From assembly GCA_008632985.1 (NCBI GenBank), contig QPGO01000138.1:124001-188000 (forward strand): a stretch of DNA of 64,000 nucleotides, given 5' to 3'. The notes under the pieces are model-generated. The model saw nothing but the letters and a program-made list of their open reading frames with translations, was not told the origin of the DNA and did not search any database. The DNA is from Psammoneis japonica (Eukaryota). The position numbers were made by a program, and so were the translations under genes. Shown here piece after piece: positions 13,753 through 27,994 of the stretch. Every line of letters starts with the position of its first letter. Positions within the stretch are counted from its first letter, which is position 1.

Positions 13753-13906
13753 ATTAACAGCCTGTGGATTGCAGATTTTAAATCGCAACTTCTGAATAGA
13801 CGTCGGATCAACGTCATCATCCTAAAGGCTCCACGAACTGTCACACGGACGACCCCCCAATCTCTACTTCGTCCTACATGAACTCTCTCTCAACAGATTT
13901 AGCTCC

Positions 13907-14371
13907 TCAGTTCACCCACTTGTGATCACAGTTGCAGCATACAAAGATCAGAGCTAAGCTATCATTCTGTGCCGCGTTTGTGTCACTCTGAAAAAACACC
14001 GCTTCATTGTGGCCGCAGTTTTCACACGAGGCGTTTTGCGACCGGGCCAACGTTGGGTCGTCCGACACAGCCGACGGTACCGTGTGCAGGACGTTGCCCA
14101 CTTCTTTTTTCAGAATGTTTCGATAAATCAAGCTCTGTGTCGCCTCTTCGTTGTAGCGACAGAGACGACAGGAGTAGCGCAGAGTCCGTGTCCGCTTGTC
14201 CTCTTGCGGATAAAGCATGGACGAATCGTGCGGACAAAATCGCATCAGCAACGTGTCCTCTAGCTGCGGAGCTGTGTCTTGTCCCATATCCAAAATATCA
14301 TCTTCCTCCTCCTCCTCATGTTGTTCTTCCATCATGGGTTGATGCTGTTCTTCTCCCTCAACGCCGCTCAT
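13907..14371 (-). CDS. RPB9: RNA polymerase II subunit RPB9
   Basis: MRFCPHDSSMLYPQED..CRLC..DPTLARS..CENCGHNEAVFFQ..LIFVCCNCDHKW (two Zn ribbons), with an acidic N-terminal extension. Confidence 0.93.
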   Translation of the reverse strand: MSGVEGEEQHQPMMEEQHEEEEEDDILDMGQDTAPQLEDTLLMRFCPHDSSMLYPQEDKRTRTLRYSCRLCRYNEEATQSLIYRNILKKEVGNVLHTVPSAVSDDPTLARSQNASCENCGHNEAVFFQSDTNAAQNDSLALIFVCCNCDHKWVN

Positions 14372-14821
14372 TGTCGTTACAGTTACGGTATGCTCTAGTT
14401 GCTGGTTTACCGTTTCGATGAGCAACGTGAAACGCGTTTGCTCGTTGCGTTGTTACTTCTACTTCTACTTTAGTTCGTTGTCGTTGCGTGTGTGCGATTG
14501 CGTACGTGCAATGACGGACGGTACACCCTCGAGCAGATTTGAGAGTGGATCATTCGCAGTGTCGTATATAATAAATAAATGGATGTAGACAACAATATTA
14601 TCATGTACATTCTTTTTGTTTATGCAAGATTGCATCCTAAATATGCTCTTTAGTAGTTATAAATAAATGAATACAGAAAAGAGGAAAGATATAAGTTTTG
14701 GCTGTGGGCGGCGTCAGCCTGCCAAGGGATTCCTTGCATCTGGCGTCTTGTGGTGTTGAGATGGAATTTCTTGCGTGAAATGCTGGGGCGAGTCTCTTTT
14801 TGTTGTCTGTGCATGTTGTTG

Positions 14822-14848
14822 GTTGTTGTTGTTGTTGTTGTTGTTGTT
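14822..14848. repeat. (GTT)n microsatellite
   Basis: About 9 perfect GTT units. Confidence 0.9.
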
Positions 14849-15193
14849 GGCTGTTACAGCGTAGACTTAGTATGAATAGCCACGTTGTCTTGTTGGTGCT
14901 TTTGCTCGCCCAACTCAATCCGGGTGAAGACCAGGCTTCGTTTTCGCGGTTTCTGGCTTTTTCAGAAAGAATTCCTTTACATTTTTGAAAAACTGAAAAA
15001 TTCCCAAAAAATCTTTAGGCCCACAACGAAAGTTGATTTTTCTTTCTTCTTGCTTCACAGTTCACAAGCGCAATGGGATTTGCAGCGACGTAAAGTATAG
15101 CCCTTTGCTATGGATGACTACAGAATAGGCTCTAGCTAGAACGGTACTTGACAGAATCAAGAGGTAGCCCCGAGAGAATCGAGGAAAGCCATC

Positions 15194-18100
15194 ATGGTGA
15201 CGACGCAACTGTTGTCGCTGAGCGTTCACGAGGCGCTCACATTTGACGGAACGGAAATTGTTCTCCACCCAGATCTTTTCTCGGACGCACCTACTAACAT
15301 CAACGGAGGCTCTTCATCTGTTGTGAGCGCTGCTACTCGGATTCGACCACCCAATACTCCTCAGCACCCAATTCACCGGCATACAAGCAGCGAACCTGCA
15401 CCTCCAGAGGCCATGGCTATGATAAGTTCGGCACTTGCGGATGCAGATCTAAAAACAACAACTGTAAACAATACAGACGACAATGCCAAGGCTCTTTCGC
15501 CGATAGTTTTGTCACGACAACCCTCTCACGTGGCGGTGGGCGGTCGGTTGGAAGTCGGAAACATGATTGAGATTCGTGTCTGGGATCCACTGCCTTCCAA
15601 TCGCCGTTCGAGCAACACGTCTCCCTCTGGTGGTAGCTTTCGACACCGAACGTCCCCTCCTTCGGTTACTGCCGCCACAAAGTCTCACGTAGATGCTTCT
15701 CAGACTACAGCTGCCACGCTCGAAGCAGCAGCGTCCTCCTTGCAAATGTCGTTCAATTCTGCTAACGCTGCTTCTGAAGAATCGTCGACCGACTCGACGG
15801 CTCCCACTCTACAGTCACCCGCACTCTCCAAACCCACTTCACCAATTCGAAAGAAAGAACCCGAAGGGTCCGCATCGGTGGCGGATGGTTCGACCTTGGC
15901 ATCTGCCGAAAAGCCAAAGGACGATCCGACTTCCGTCGCGTCCAAGAACTCCGGAAAGGATGACGTTCCGCAGACGGTTCTGGCTCCCAGTCCTCCGCGA
16001 TCCGGAAACGTCCCTCCATTGTTTCCTCGGAGCCGATCCAATACAAATGACGCTCCTTCGCGACCACCAATGTCCAGTCTTCCAAGCCCCCAACGGTGCA
16101 TCGGAACCGAACGTCACAATCTGTTCCTGCAGCTGCCGAACCAGGAGAACGCACAGTGATTGACCGAAGGAGACAGGCCGTGCCACCCATTTCAACCGCT
16201 TTGTTGGGATCACAAAACAAACCAAAGACCTTGCATACTCGTGATATATCCGACATGACGATGGATACCGCCGGTGACCATCCCTTTCATTCTTCGGCAC
16301 TAACCACACTTTCTGCAATGCCATCCATGGACAGTGGTGATGACGGTACCGCGCTCTTTGATGATCAGCTCAGCAAGGTTTCGACAACACATCAACTCAG
16401 AATGTCATTCACAATGCTGGTTACTGAGAAAACATTGACATCCATCAAGAGTTCGGCGCGGACACAAGTTTCAATGCTACGCAAAGGTATAATGTTTGTC
16501 CGTGTCTGACTCTGCGCATGATGTATATAGTGTTCAACAGCTTTCTTCTCGCTTTTGCTTTTGTTGTAGTGGCAGACCTGTACAATCTTTCGTCGTATGA
16601 CATGGTGACCATTACAAAGATTGAAAAGTCGAAGAAGCCGCGGTGTTGAGCGAAGTTTCCGCGGATTTTGTCATGGTGACCATCAAGGAGCAATTCATCT
16701 CGCGTGGGGACATGCATTACTTTCAAAAGACTCTCCTCGGCAAGTGGATATACGAGGGTGAACGATTGAGCCAGAGGAATGCGGTAAGTGAAACAAGAGA
16801 TGGAAATTGGCCTCATACGTTGAAACCTTGTTTTCACGCTGTTGCTCATCCATGATTTGTTCAAGGGTGTGAGCGCACTTGCAAAGGATATCAGACACGC
16901 AAACCGCCTCGCTAGGTCAGGAATCATCACGAGCAATACCACCATTACATTCCGAAGTCGATCAGCCCGCATTATCTGGCTGGTACAGATTTCGTCCGAG
17001 ATGTGGGATTATGCTTCACCGTATGAAACCGAACGCACAAGCAAAGACGACGAAGGCTCGTGCGAAATATACTTTGATAAGTTCGTCGCATTCATGTACA
17101 GGTTGTTTGAGAAGTGGAAGGAGTTGGAGGTATGTAAATCTTAAATGCTGTTCTGCGGCTTATGTTGTCCTGAAAGTGCTAATATCGATTTGCTGTTTTG
17201 AATTAGGTCACGCATTCGTTAACAGTCGTGTTCTTTAGCCGCACATTCTTAACTCCAAAAAAGGCCGGTGAATATTGCAGTGAAGCTCATCGCCGTCCCA
17301 ACATTGACGTTTATGGGCGACCATACGAGGTATGTCAAGCTTGCCTCGTATCTCTTTAAAGAGTTTTGTCTGACACCTCCTTTCGTGCTTGCGCAGGATC
17401 ACTATAAGACTGTCATCCAGAATGAAACTCCCAGCGACTGGGATTCACTCGTGCTTAGAATAAAACGCGAATTCATTCAATACCCTCTTGACGTTGGGTG
17501 GAATCTTTCTACCGGTGACGGAGGGCGTCGACCGTCTAATGCGATGCAAGGGAATTTACTCGAAGCGATTAATGTCACACTGAATCTGCTGCATCTTCAT
17601 TTTATGGATAGAGACTTGCTGCGTACAGGAAACAGTGTGGTCGTTGTCTCTCCAGGATGCGGAGTGTTTGAGGTGGACAGAGGCTTAGCAGAGATCACCT
17701 ATCAGAGAATGATGGATGATGGGATTGGCAGCGATATGCTTAGCCTCGGTTTGCCTCCTCTTCACATTGCACCCTTCTTTCTCTACAACGTAAGTGAATG
17801 GCGCTTGTCGTTTGTTTAAAAGCTTCGCTTTTGCAGAATCTCAGTTTCAGATACACCGTGCATTCATTTCAGAATGGTTTCTTTTCGGTAGATAAGCACG
17901 GAGTTGACGCTGGATCGACTTACTATGAGGTGCCTCACTGGATGCATCTTTCGTTTGCTAGCTACGAGAAAGAAGAAACAGGCTTATCAACAGGAACGGA
18001 CCCCAAGCTTTCACAAGGTAAGTGAATCGATGAACGCGTGGTAACATCAACCCTTTTGAAAGGTCTAAGCCTGTTGTCCTCTTGACTTGCCACACCGCTA

Positions 18101-21100
18101 GTTGATGGCACTTCCAACAACACACGATCTCATCCTCATAATTTGAACATCGCGGCTAACGGGTTCATGTTACCAAAACGATTGGTGGAACCGGATTTGC
18201 ATAGTAACAGCCCGCAACGATTAGCATCTCCCGTGAAGAATCCACCTGGCGAAGAAGATACTTCGAACAAGAAGGAAACTTACACAAGACAGCGCGCGCT
18301 CATTTCTGGTCGCGAGTTCGAAGACATTCTTGAAGCCTGCCGCCCACGGGATATCACGAACTCTATGCCATCCGCATTGATGGCTCTTTTGCAGATGCAT
18401 CAACATGCCCTTGAGCGCAGATCCGACGTGAAGGAGTCAAAGATATCTACCTCTGCAAAACTCATGAGGTCGGTTAGCATGGGATCGGATGTGAGTTCTA
18501 CTGGATCAAACGGAATGCGATCCAAGAAGCCACAATCGTTGAAGGAAAGTAATTTGATTTCAGAATGGGGAGCAATCGATGCTGGTGCGACTGAAAACGG
18601 GATCGGGAGATTGTCGAGTTCTAGGGCACAACAGATATGCAACGAGCTGGAGAAGTCATTGCTTCCATCCGAAAATACGGATAGGTCAGACTCATCTGAC
18701 AGATCAAGTCCAGCATCAAGTTTTGTGAGCGTCTATTCGCATATAATGGGAAAACCGCCTGAACGAGGATCATCACTCGGAAGCTACCACGATTTTCATC
18801 CTCCCGGTGGGTTGCAAATTCAACGGTCGCCGTCTTTGGACTTCGATCCTTCCGAGGAGAAATGTGACATGGCAAAGGCATCTGGCGAAAAAGACAACGC
18901 CGGTCACGTTTCCCATTCAGCGGCAGTTCCCGCGGCGAATCAGGGGACAAACGCTCTATCAAGAACAACGGAGGATCGTGTGGAAATTGAATATGAGAAG
19001 CAAGTGCGAGACCTGATTGCAAAACGGGATTCGAGCTTTTTCTCTCCTCCCCCTCAAAAGGCTAACATTTCCATTCCCGAGAGTAGCTTTCACTCAAGCC
19101 CTTTGATAGGATTGGATGTCAGTCCGGCTGTAAACAGAAGCATGCAGCGTGATACGTACGTAACAGCGAAAGCACGAACTGTTGCCGTTGTTAATTTTGA
19201 CAGCTCGAGAACTCACCCACTTATTTCTGCTGTTGGTAGCCCTAATCAGACTAAAGGAAACTTGGGCGCTGCACTTTTACAGTACAGTAACGCCGGGGAG
19301 TCAGCTATTGGCAACCAAGACAGCATAAAGAGGATTATGAGCGTCGGCATGATTCACAGTGGCACTTTCTTGGGAACCTCACCCCATGGACAGTACCAAG
19401 GTCGTTTGTCACCAGGAATGCAACTAGGATCAGACCCACCAGAGCCGAACCAGTTTCATCGATATCGAAACCAGGGCGCGGCTGGAGATGGAGCACTTCG
19501 TACATACTTGGCTCCAGACGGGACCGCGATTCAGAGACTTGATGGCATTCCCCAGGGGAGACCCACTGGCAACCCAGGCATTTCTTATCCACTTGTCGGT
19601 AGCGCCCCTTCGGATAACTTGCTTCTCCATCGAAGTAAACCAAAACAGGTAAGAAGATCTGTTACTGATATGAACCACTTCCTTGGCGAAAACTCTCAAT
19701 GGGGATTGCGGACGTTGTATGGATTTCTCAGTCAAACCCCGGCCTCAAACGATCGAGCACACGAACTTCAAATAGCTCTCTTCGCTTCGGTGCTGGTGTT
19801 TCTCCGCCGATGGAGTCGATACTTACTGGAAGAATGAACTCGCCGACAGGTAGCCCGTCGAGCCAGAAACTACCTACAAGAATGAACAAGCATGGGTCGA
19901 AGGCGGGGACAGACGCCGGGCGGAGAGCAGCTCGAAACTCGCGTCAGTTGAAGAGTGCTTTCAATCCTTTTCGCGAACACGACGAAGAAGAAGTTCTGTC
20001 CAGGAAGGTGAGACCAGTTTTCTCTCACTATTATCTTGTTCCTCGATAACTCTAATCTTGTGTGCTTTGCATCGATGAAAATAAAGACGCATAATCGAAG
20101 ACGGTGGTCACATGTGTTTCCAATAGGTGAAATAGAGTTTAAGAGACACGCCGGGCCTAACTGGCGGTCCCTCTGTCAGCCTGCAATTCTTCCACTTACG
20201 ATAGACGTGCACCCCTCTCCTCAGGAGCTCCGAGACCGCAGCAAGTTTTATTTCAATCATTATTCCATCGCACTCAGCGCGATGGACAGGTCTTACTACA
20301 ATAGTAATGAAGAGCTCGTGTTGGAAATGTGCAGGCAAAGACTAGCTCAAGACTACCAACTGGTTCCACCGGCCGTTATAAATGAAAGCACCCGCCGCGG
20401 CGAAGCGGAGAGAATGGGTATGTACATTATGTTTCTTGGTCATAGCTTCTTTCATGTCGCTGACTTGCTGTCGCTTCATCCCAATTCGTACCATAGCTAA
20501 GCTCAACAGCTCTTCTATTAGGAGAGCTCGTCCTACCTCGAACGTACAGCAACGAAGTCCCATGCAGGGCTATGTCCCCATGCAGCGGCACAAGTCGCTT
20601 CTACGAAATGAACAAAGCGAGGACGACGAGACCATTCAGCACACTCTCAGCATGGGGCATAAAATCCAGGAACTGAGGTACCACCCGAATTCAGATTCTG
20701 TGGAGGTTATCCAGTATCATGGGGCTTATGCAATGCACGATACAAGAGACGTCTATGAGTATAGGTACTTCCTTTTTTCAGAATCGACAAAGGTAAGAAC
20801 AGACGCTTTGATAATTTTCCAAATGAAGCAGTCACACCTCATTTCTCAACTTCAATGCGACAAATCAAAATGATGCGTAGAAATTCCAAAAGGTTGCGCA
20901 GAAGTTCCACAAGTATGGCGGGAAATACGGATGGAGCAAAGTGGACAACATCATATGTAAGAGCCGTGCTTTATTGTTCTTTCAATATAATTCGGAACTT
21001 TGACAGCTGACGTGCCCTTCTACCTGCGACTTTTTCAGGCGGCGATTCTGAGCACCTTTCGGAAGAAATGAGATATCGTCGGCTATCATTCGGCCTCATT

Positions 21101-21970
21101 CCTGGAAAATTCCCGAATGAGGAAGCAGAAAAGGAATATATTTCAAAGTTCAAGCGGCTGTTAGATTATCTGAGTAGGTTGAGGCAATCAGATGAGGTCT
21201 CAGATGAGCTTGATATCAAAATAATATCGGGCAATGATGCTAGACCGGATCGAACGGTGCATCCACACAGAACCCAGCACATGCGACGTCTTGTTGTTCA
21301 CCTTAGAAAAGGAAAGGATGATCGCTATGAATGGATGGAAATCGCACTCGACCCAACATTCGATTTAAAACGCGCTTACCGAATCTCTGTGAACTGGTTA
21401 GTGGCAAGTGCGAGCAAAGTCGAGACACAGGTTCAGCTTCTCCAACGACGATGTGCGCAATACGGATTGAAGCTCATCAGTTTTCCCCAGCTGTCAATTG
21501 CAGCAAACGTCTTTCTCAACCCTGTAAGTTCTGTTTGGGATTGGACTACTGCAATGAGCTTCGTCATACTGACACAGAATGGGTCTCGTCTTCTTTCTTT
21601 GCATTTATCGTTCAAGTTCCTGGCTCCACCAACGATTGCACTACGCGATCCAGAAAAAATCAAGCGCATCGAAAGCGTTCTCACTGGAGATGATTTTGTC
21701 GAAGATGGAGTGTACACAACAGGGCGACAATTCTTGGATTGTGTGGACGGGATTGACGACTTTGAGTTTCAACCGAAACGTGTCCTGGGAAAGCAATTCG
21801 TGCATCGTTCAGGAGCACTTTTTATTCGTCTCCTTCGTGACTTGAAGGGACGCGTTGTCATTGTTGCACTCGAGAATACCAGGTTCATTGGCCGGGATGA
21901 CGAACTAAGAAAGACCGCCATTTCTACCTTGCGAGATGTATGGAAGCTCTTTGAATCTCTCACTGCCTGA
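15194..21970 (+). CDS. DEPDC5: GATOR1/SEACIT subunit DEPDC5/IML1 (multi-exon; frameshifts near 16075 and 16625)
   Basis: FISRGDMHYF, FRSRSARIIWLVQISSEMWDY, GNLLEAINVTLN..DRDLLRTGNSVVVVSPGCGVFEVD..GIGSDMLSLGLPPLHIAPFF, HNRRRWSHVFP, WRSLCQPAILPLT, QRLAQDYQLV, LSMGHKIQ, FVHRSG; several GT-AG introns. Confidence 0.9.
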
Positions 21971-21998
21971 GAGCAACCTTTTCAAAAACCATTAACCC

Positions 21999-23565
21999 TC
22001 ATTTTTGCTCCTCTTGTCCTGCTTTCAAAGCACTGTCCTGCCGCTTTCTCCAAAAGCCGTCCTTGTACGGGTTGTCGAAGTTCTCCAACGAGTCTGGCGG
22101 GTGATACCAATAATTCAGAGCAATGTGGCAGCCGTGGAAAGAACCAACGTCATTCTCTGTAGCTTTGCAAACATTATCGCTACTTCCACCAAATGATGTG
22201 ACCTCGTGAAACCAACCACTACAACATTCCGTTTTTAAGGATGCGTAAGTCGACAGCATCAGTGGACTATTCCCGAGCTCCGAGGCATGCAACCCAAAAC
22301 TTACCTCGGTAGATAGAGTGTCTGCCCGGCAACCAGCTCTACGACGCATTCCTTACACTTTTCGAACAATGGATAGTGCTCGATAAGTGCAGTGCGGTCT
22401 GCAGCATTGGGATCAATGCGTGAAAAACTATCCGGTCGTTTCTCGTCCTGTTGTGAATCAATGTCGTCTTGTTCTTGTTCAGCGGTTTCAGAGCCCTCCC
22501 CAACAATCTCGTCAAAATCATCGACACCCGAAGATTGGAAACACTCGCTACCCTCAGAATCACTCTTGTAGTCAAATCCCCTGCCAATAACAACCTCTTC
22601 TTCATCCGATTCTTCATCATCAGAGTCAGCGTTGTTGTTTGCCAAGCATCTCTCGCCCGACTTTGTGATTTCAAGAGGAACTCCATCCGCACGGCACTCA
22701 TTGCCCTTGTACGATATTCTTCCATTAAAGTGTACCTTTTCGATTTCTCCAAAAGTGCTCATGAAAAGAGCACAATCCGGCGAGTACAAACGAAACCGTT
22801 TTCGACCCTGCAGCAATAGATAAAAATTGTCGTGGTAGTCGTGATGCAAACCAGAGGACGTGCCTTGGCGTGTCTTACCCACCCACTTGAGTGAAGAACA
22901 GAAAGAAGAGCAAAAGCGTCATTAGAGATTTTGGAAAGAATGTCAGAACGCTATCGTAAGCGCCACTTCCATGGTATTAACATTGCTATTCAGCGACTCA
23001 CCAGGTTGCAAGCATGAAGCACCATATTGCCCGCCCATTTCAAGGAATCAGAAATTATCTTGTTTTCCACAAGTTGTCTACAAGGGACCTGAAATGGGCT
23101 AGAATCATCCTCTACATCTTGTGTAGAGAGATACAGCATTTCACCATCATCGCCATTTAGTTTCTGTACAAAATCTTGAATCGTCAAGAGACACTGTCTC
23201 GATTCCGTACGATTCTGCCCAAAATTCTCCGTGGCCAAGTAGCGCCTCTCCACCTGAACTGTCGAACTCCCAGCGGCATTCATCAAAACTTCAGAATTTA
23301 TAGTAGGGTCCTTTCCATTGGATAGTTCTGGTAAAGCATTAATGATGCACGGTCGTCTCTTGGCAACATGCTCTTGAAAGAAATCTTGGTCTGAAATAGT
23401 CGACGCATCAATGGTTGGAATCGCCGACGGCGAATCAGTAGCGTTGTTATTTTGAAGTGAGAAACCAGCATACTCCTGTCTGTCATCTTTCAAATCTATT
23501 CGAGACTTCTTTTGAGAGACTGTGACCGGGTCCTGCTCTGTTGGTCGTTTCGGCAACGACGCCAT
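21999..23565 (-). CDS. JmjC (cupin_8-like) 2-oxoglutarate/Fe(II) dioxygenase, about 3 exons
   Basis: GLHHDYHDNFYLLLQGRKRFRLYSP (HxD), AGQTLYLP/GWFHEVTS (distal His), IALNYWYHP; introns at ~22886-23001 and ~22220-22304. Confidence 0.85.
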
Positions 23566-23689
23566 GGTTGGTGGCTGTTTTTCAGTTGTTTCTGCAATCC
23601 CGCAAATCTGGAATCTCTCACGGACAGCGGACAGTGCTGGACGGTAGACGGACAGACTCAAAATTACCCAACGTGCGTGCGTGCGTGCT

Positions 23690-26600
23690 GTGGACAGAAT
23701 TTCTTTGGGCCCCAAAATGACACTCCCAAAACACTTCTCTCTCTGAAGGTTCCCCAGTGCCCAGCACAACTTGAACAATTGCTCACAGGATGGTGGTGGC
23801 TGGGTGGTGGTCACAACACTGTCACCCACGTTGGGCACTGAAAAGCTTCATCAAGAGCCCCGTGCGCGCGTGTGAGATGGCGCCAGAGACTCTCTCAAAG
23901 CACGTCCAGAGGTTTGGGGCCGTCAAAAAATAAAAATAAAAGGACTTGGCTGATTTTGAGTGGCTGGTGTTGAGCAGCTCCACCCACCATTTTGGGTGGG
24001 TGGGCAGGGAAAGGGCAAAAAATTGCCCTGTGACAGGTGTTTTGTCTGATGGATTGTCCAAATTGTGAGGCCTCTCTGGACTTGGCTTCCAAAAGTGCCA
24101 AAAAAGTTTCATGTGGGTCTTTTCTTCTAAAAAACTTGGGTGTGGACTCTGCACAGCAAGCCGCCTGCTCCAACTCACTCGAAAAAGTGTCCATTTGCGG
24201 CACTTTTTGATGTTGGACCCAGAGCATGGGTCAGAAGATGCTCTTGAGCTCACTCAGGAGATTGGCATGCAGGGGAGAGATAAAAATGCTGCAAGAAAAT
24301 GAAGCCAGTGCACCTGTCTCCAAAAGTGCTTGTGCATGTGGGAGGGAGTAGGTGGAAGCTGTTCGTGCTTTGTCCTGAGGACTCTGCTGCAAGCTGTGCC
24401 CAGGCTGCATGCTGGGCACCTCTTTGTGCTCAACATTTTGGAAAACCCCTCATGTGAAAAGCTGCACTCTGCAGACATTTCCAACAGTGCAGCTGCACAA
24501 AAAAGTCAAGAGGTGTTGAGTGGATGGCCCAACAATGCACTTGAAGCTGAGCTCCAAATGGGTCACTTGAGCTGTCATCAAGCTTTTTGGTTGTCAGGCA
24601 GCAACTGAAATGAGTGGCCAGTTGGTGCCACTGTAGATGATGGCTCTGGAGTTGGAGCACAGCTGGTGAATCTCAGTCTCACGCAGTTGTTCATGTTGCA
24701 ATCATGGGCTTTCTCAAAAAGGTGTTGCTGCGCTCTGGTTGTTTTTTTTTGTTGCACTTTTTCCATTGTTTTGCTCCACTTGTTCCCATGTGGGTGCATC
24801 AACAAACAATTGACCATGCCAGAATGACAGACTGGATGGAAGAACACAGACAATGCAGGGTGGCATCATGGTGTGGCACAACAAACAGGAAAAAAAGAAG
24901 AGCTCAAAAGGCAAAAATTTTGTTCTGTGTTTTGTGTTTTGTGAGCATCCACAACTCTGGTCTTAGACCAAAGGGGTGGCTTTCTGATTCACCTGTGTCA
25001 ACATTTGTGTGCTTCTTGAGTGGCGCACACATTGACACAATTGTGGCACAATTGTTTTGTGTTTGCACACCCAGCACTTCTAGCACCCACCAAAAACACG
25101 GTGGTGACAGCACAACATGCAAAAGAACCAGGTGTCATGAGTGTGCAAGAATTGCTGCCATGTGAAGGACACAAAAAGCACTTCAAACAAGAAGCAACCA
25201 AGAGTGTGAGATCAAGAAAGAGGTGTGCAAAGAGGGTGCAGCAATGACAAAGCACATGGAAGCCAGGCACACAAGCCATTTTCTAAGATGAGATGCAAGT
25301 CCATTGAGAAGAAACACTGGTGTGCTTCCAGAAAAGTGATTGATTGAGATCAAATGTTGGAGCCAACCCACTGATCTGTTTTGGTTGTCAAACTTGACAT
25401 TCTGCCTGTTCTCAAAATGCAGCCACTTTCATTTTATTCACTGGCTTTGTCCTCTTGGCAGCCTTCCATGGTGCTGACAAAGTTGCTGCTGGTTGTTTTG
25501 AGGTGTGCTTCTTCACTTTTCAATTTCCACTGACTTTTTTCACATTTTGCACATTCCTTGGCATGTCCAATTGCAGCAGGATGGTGGTTTGACAGAAAAC
25601 CACCAAAATCTGACACAACCATGAAATCCAGCACCATCTCATTGCAGTGTGTGACAATGCTCTCATCTTTGTCAATGATGTGGCCATTGACTCACAAACA
25701 AAAAAGTCCCATGCTGGAGATGCAGTGTTTTCTGTTGAACACCTGTGTGCTGTGTGCTGCACATTGGGTGCAACTTCTCAACCTGCAATGTCATGTGCCA
25801 TGATGCAACATGGCTTTCTGTGTGGTGACAATGTGTGCTTTTGTTTGGCAGTCAACTCACAAAAGCAAGCACAAAAACCATGCTTGAGTCCAAAACAATG
25901 GCAAATGGGTGCCTGGAAGCAACCAAAAGAAGTGTGTTGCTGTCTCTGAGAACTTGTGAGACAGTGACTGCATCCTCATTGGCTTCATGTCTCTTGTTGC
26001 AAGCACAGGCGTGAGAAACAAGTTGTGCCATGTTTGTGGGCTTTGCTGCACCTGCTCTTGCAGTCAACTGCTTCTGGCTGATTGTGCACAAGAGCAGAAG
26101 AACACTTGCCCCACCAGACACAAATGTTCAAGGATGGCATCAAACTTTTTTCAGTCCAAGAGGAGAGTTGGCATTTTATTGTGGAGCCCACATTGGCAGA
26201 GTTCATTGCAGTGGATTTTGCCGGAGAACCATTTTGTCAGTCACTTTGCTGCTGTGACAAGCTTTCAAGAGAGAAACGTGACAGCCATGTTGACCACCAC
26301 AAAAAGAGGTGCAAAAAATGCCACCGGAAACAATGCATCTTCAATCTGTCAGCAAAAGTGAGGACAAAAACTGGTGCCTGGGCTGTTAAAAAGCCATTGG
26401 ACAATGGCAAAACAGAAAAATGATTGATTGGATCAACAAACTTGGTGTTTCAGAAGATGGGATCTGTGTCAAGTTCAAAGGTTTTTGCAAGAATTTTTGT
26501 GCATGCTTTGAAGAAAGCAGAGACCAATGATGTCAATGGAGAGTTTTTGCTGGGCTCTCATCACAAACTTTGTGCACAATGACGGAGGCCATTTTACAAA

Positions 26601-27620
26601 GAAATTCATGGTGGCCAATGCTCCAAAGGCTGTTGTTGTTCCACAAAGGAGTTTCTGGAGCTTGGAGAGCTGCAGCTGTTTTGTTGTGGTGCTCTCAGAA
26701 ATTGAGAGAGTGTCGATGATGTGGGGGCATCACATCAATGTGTTGAAGCCATTGTGGCTGCAATGAAAGAAAATGGGCCAAATGTCACCTGCAAGAAGAC
26801 ATGGCCATTTTTCTTGAAAGGGCATTTTCACAACCCAACGACATGGCCTCCAACAAGCCACTGGCTTTGGCCAATCCTGTGATTGCTGCTGTGAAAAAGC
26901 ACAATGACAACAAATCACTTGTTGAGTGTGGTGTTTGGCTCCTCATCAAACTTGCAGCTTCTAACAATGAAACAAAGGAGGAGATCATGGAACAGGGTGA
27001 CAGTGATGCAGCTGTGGCAGCTGAATGCAAGCAGAGTGCAAGCAGCACAATGAAACAATGAGAACATCCATCAGAAGGCTCTTGCCTTGTTGGAATGCCT
27101 CTGTCCTTCAGAAATGTCTGTTTGTCAGATCTCCATTTCAACAAAGTGTGTGTTTTTGAATGAACACAGATGGTTTCCTCTGTTGCAACACCACCTTGCC
27201 CATTGCATGCTGCAGCTTTTGCATGCTTCTCTCCAGCACAATGCAAAACACATGGTGGCATTTCTCAGAATTAAAGCCTTGCAGGAGACTCAGTGCCATT
27301 CATTGTGCTTGGTTCCATTGTTGCAAGGCCGACAGTTTCATTGTGCGGACATTGCACTTCATCCATCTCCTGTGGTCAAAGCCAAGGATTGAATGATGCC
27401 CTGCAACAACCTTCCCTGCAGTCTTCTTTGCCAGCAAGTGGGAAAATGCATGCCCAGCAGAAACAAGCTCTGTTCTGTTCCATTGACTGGTGTCTGTGGC
27501 TGCCCAAGGTCTGCACCAGTCCTCATGGCCAGCAGAAAACGCACCACCGGCAGTGCTGCAGCTGACGGCAGCTTGTCTGATCCGTTCCTCCTCGGCCATT
27601 TGTTGCTTTGCCAGGACGGC
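23690..27620. other. TpA/CpG-depleted hypermutated domain 2
   Basis: TA and CG nearly absent, TG/CA-rich, only fragmentary Cys/His/Gln-rich ORFs. Confidence 0.88.
26801..27061 (+). pseudogene. Relic of an ARM/HEAT-repeat protein
   Basis: VIAAVKKHNDNKSLVECGVWLLIKLAASNNETKEEIMEQG resembles one armadillo-type repeat. Confidence 0.4.
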
Positions 27621-27994
27621 TAATGTTCAAAATCTGAGTTGTTGCAAGATTAAAACATGCTCAGTTTTAACCTTGAATCTGTTTTGTTCTTGCAATGCTA
27701 AGTGCACTATAAAACTAGACGGCTCCCAACAAGAAAGCGACAGCGGCCAGAAATCCAGGCAAACGGCCGTCCAGGGCGGACAGCAAATCTGATCCGTTCC
27801 TCCACGGCCATTTGTTTGCTAGGACGGCTAACGTTCAAAATCTGAGTTGTTGCAAGATTAAAATATACTTAGTTTTAACCTTGAATCTGTTTTGTTCTTG
27901 CAATGCTAAGTGAACTATAAAACTAGACGGCTCCCAACAAGAAAGCGACAGCGGCACCAGAAAACCAGGCAAACGGCCGTCCAGGGCGGACAGC
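27576..27994. repeat. 212-bp tandem duplication of the 3' end/3' UTR of the FAD oxidase gene (27576-27784, 27788-27994)
   Basis: Near-identical units starting tctgatccgttcctcc and ending ccagggcggacagc. Confidence 0.95.

Noticed and set aside
14637..14988. Poly-Gln or poly-Cys ORFs
   Set aside because: Translations of the (GTT)n microsatellite in intergenic DNA
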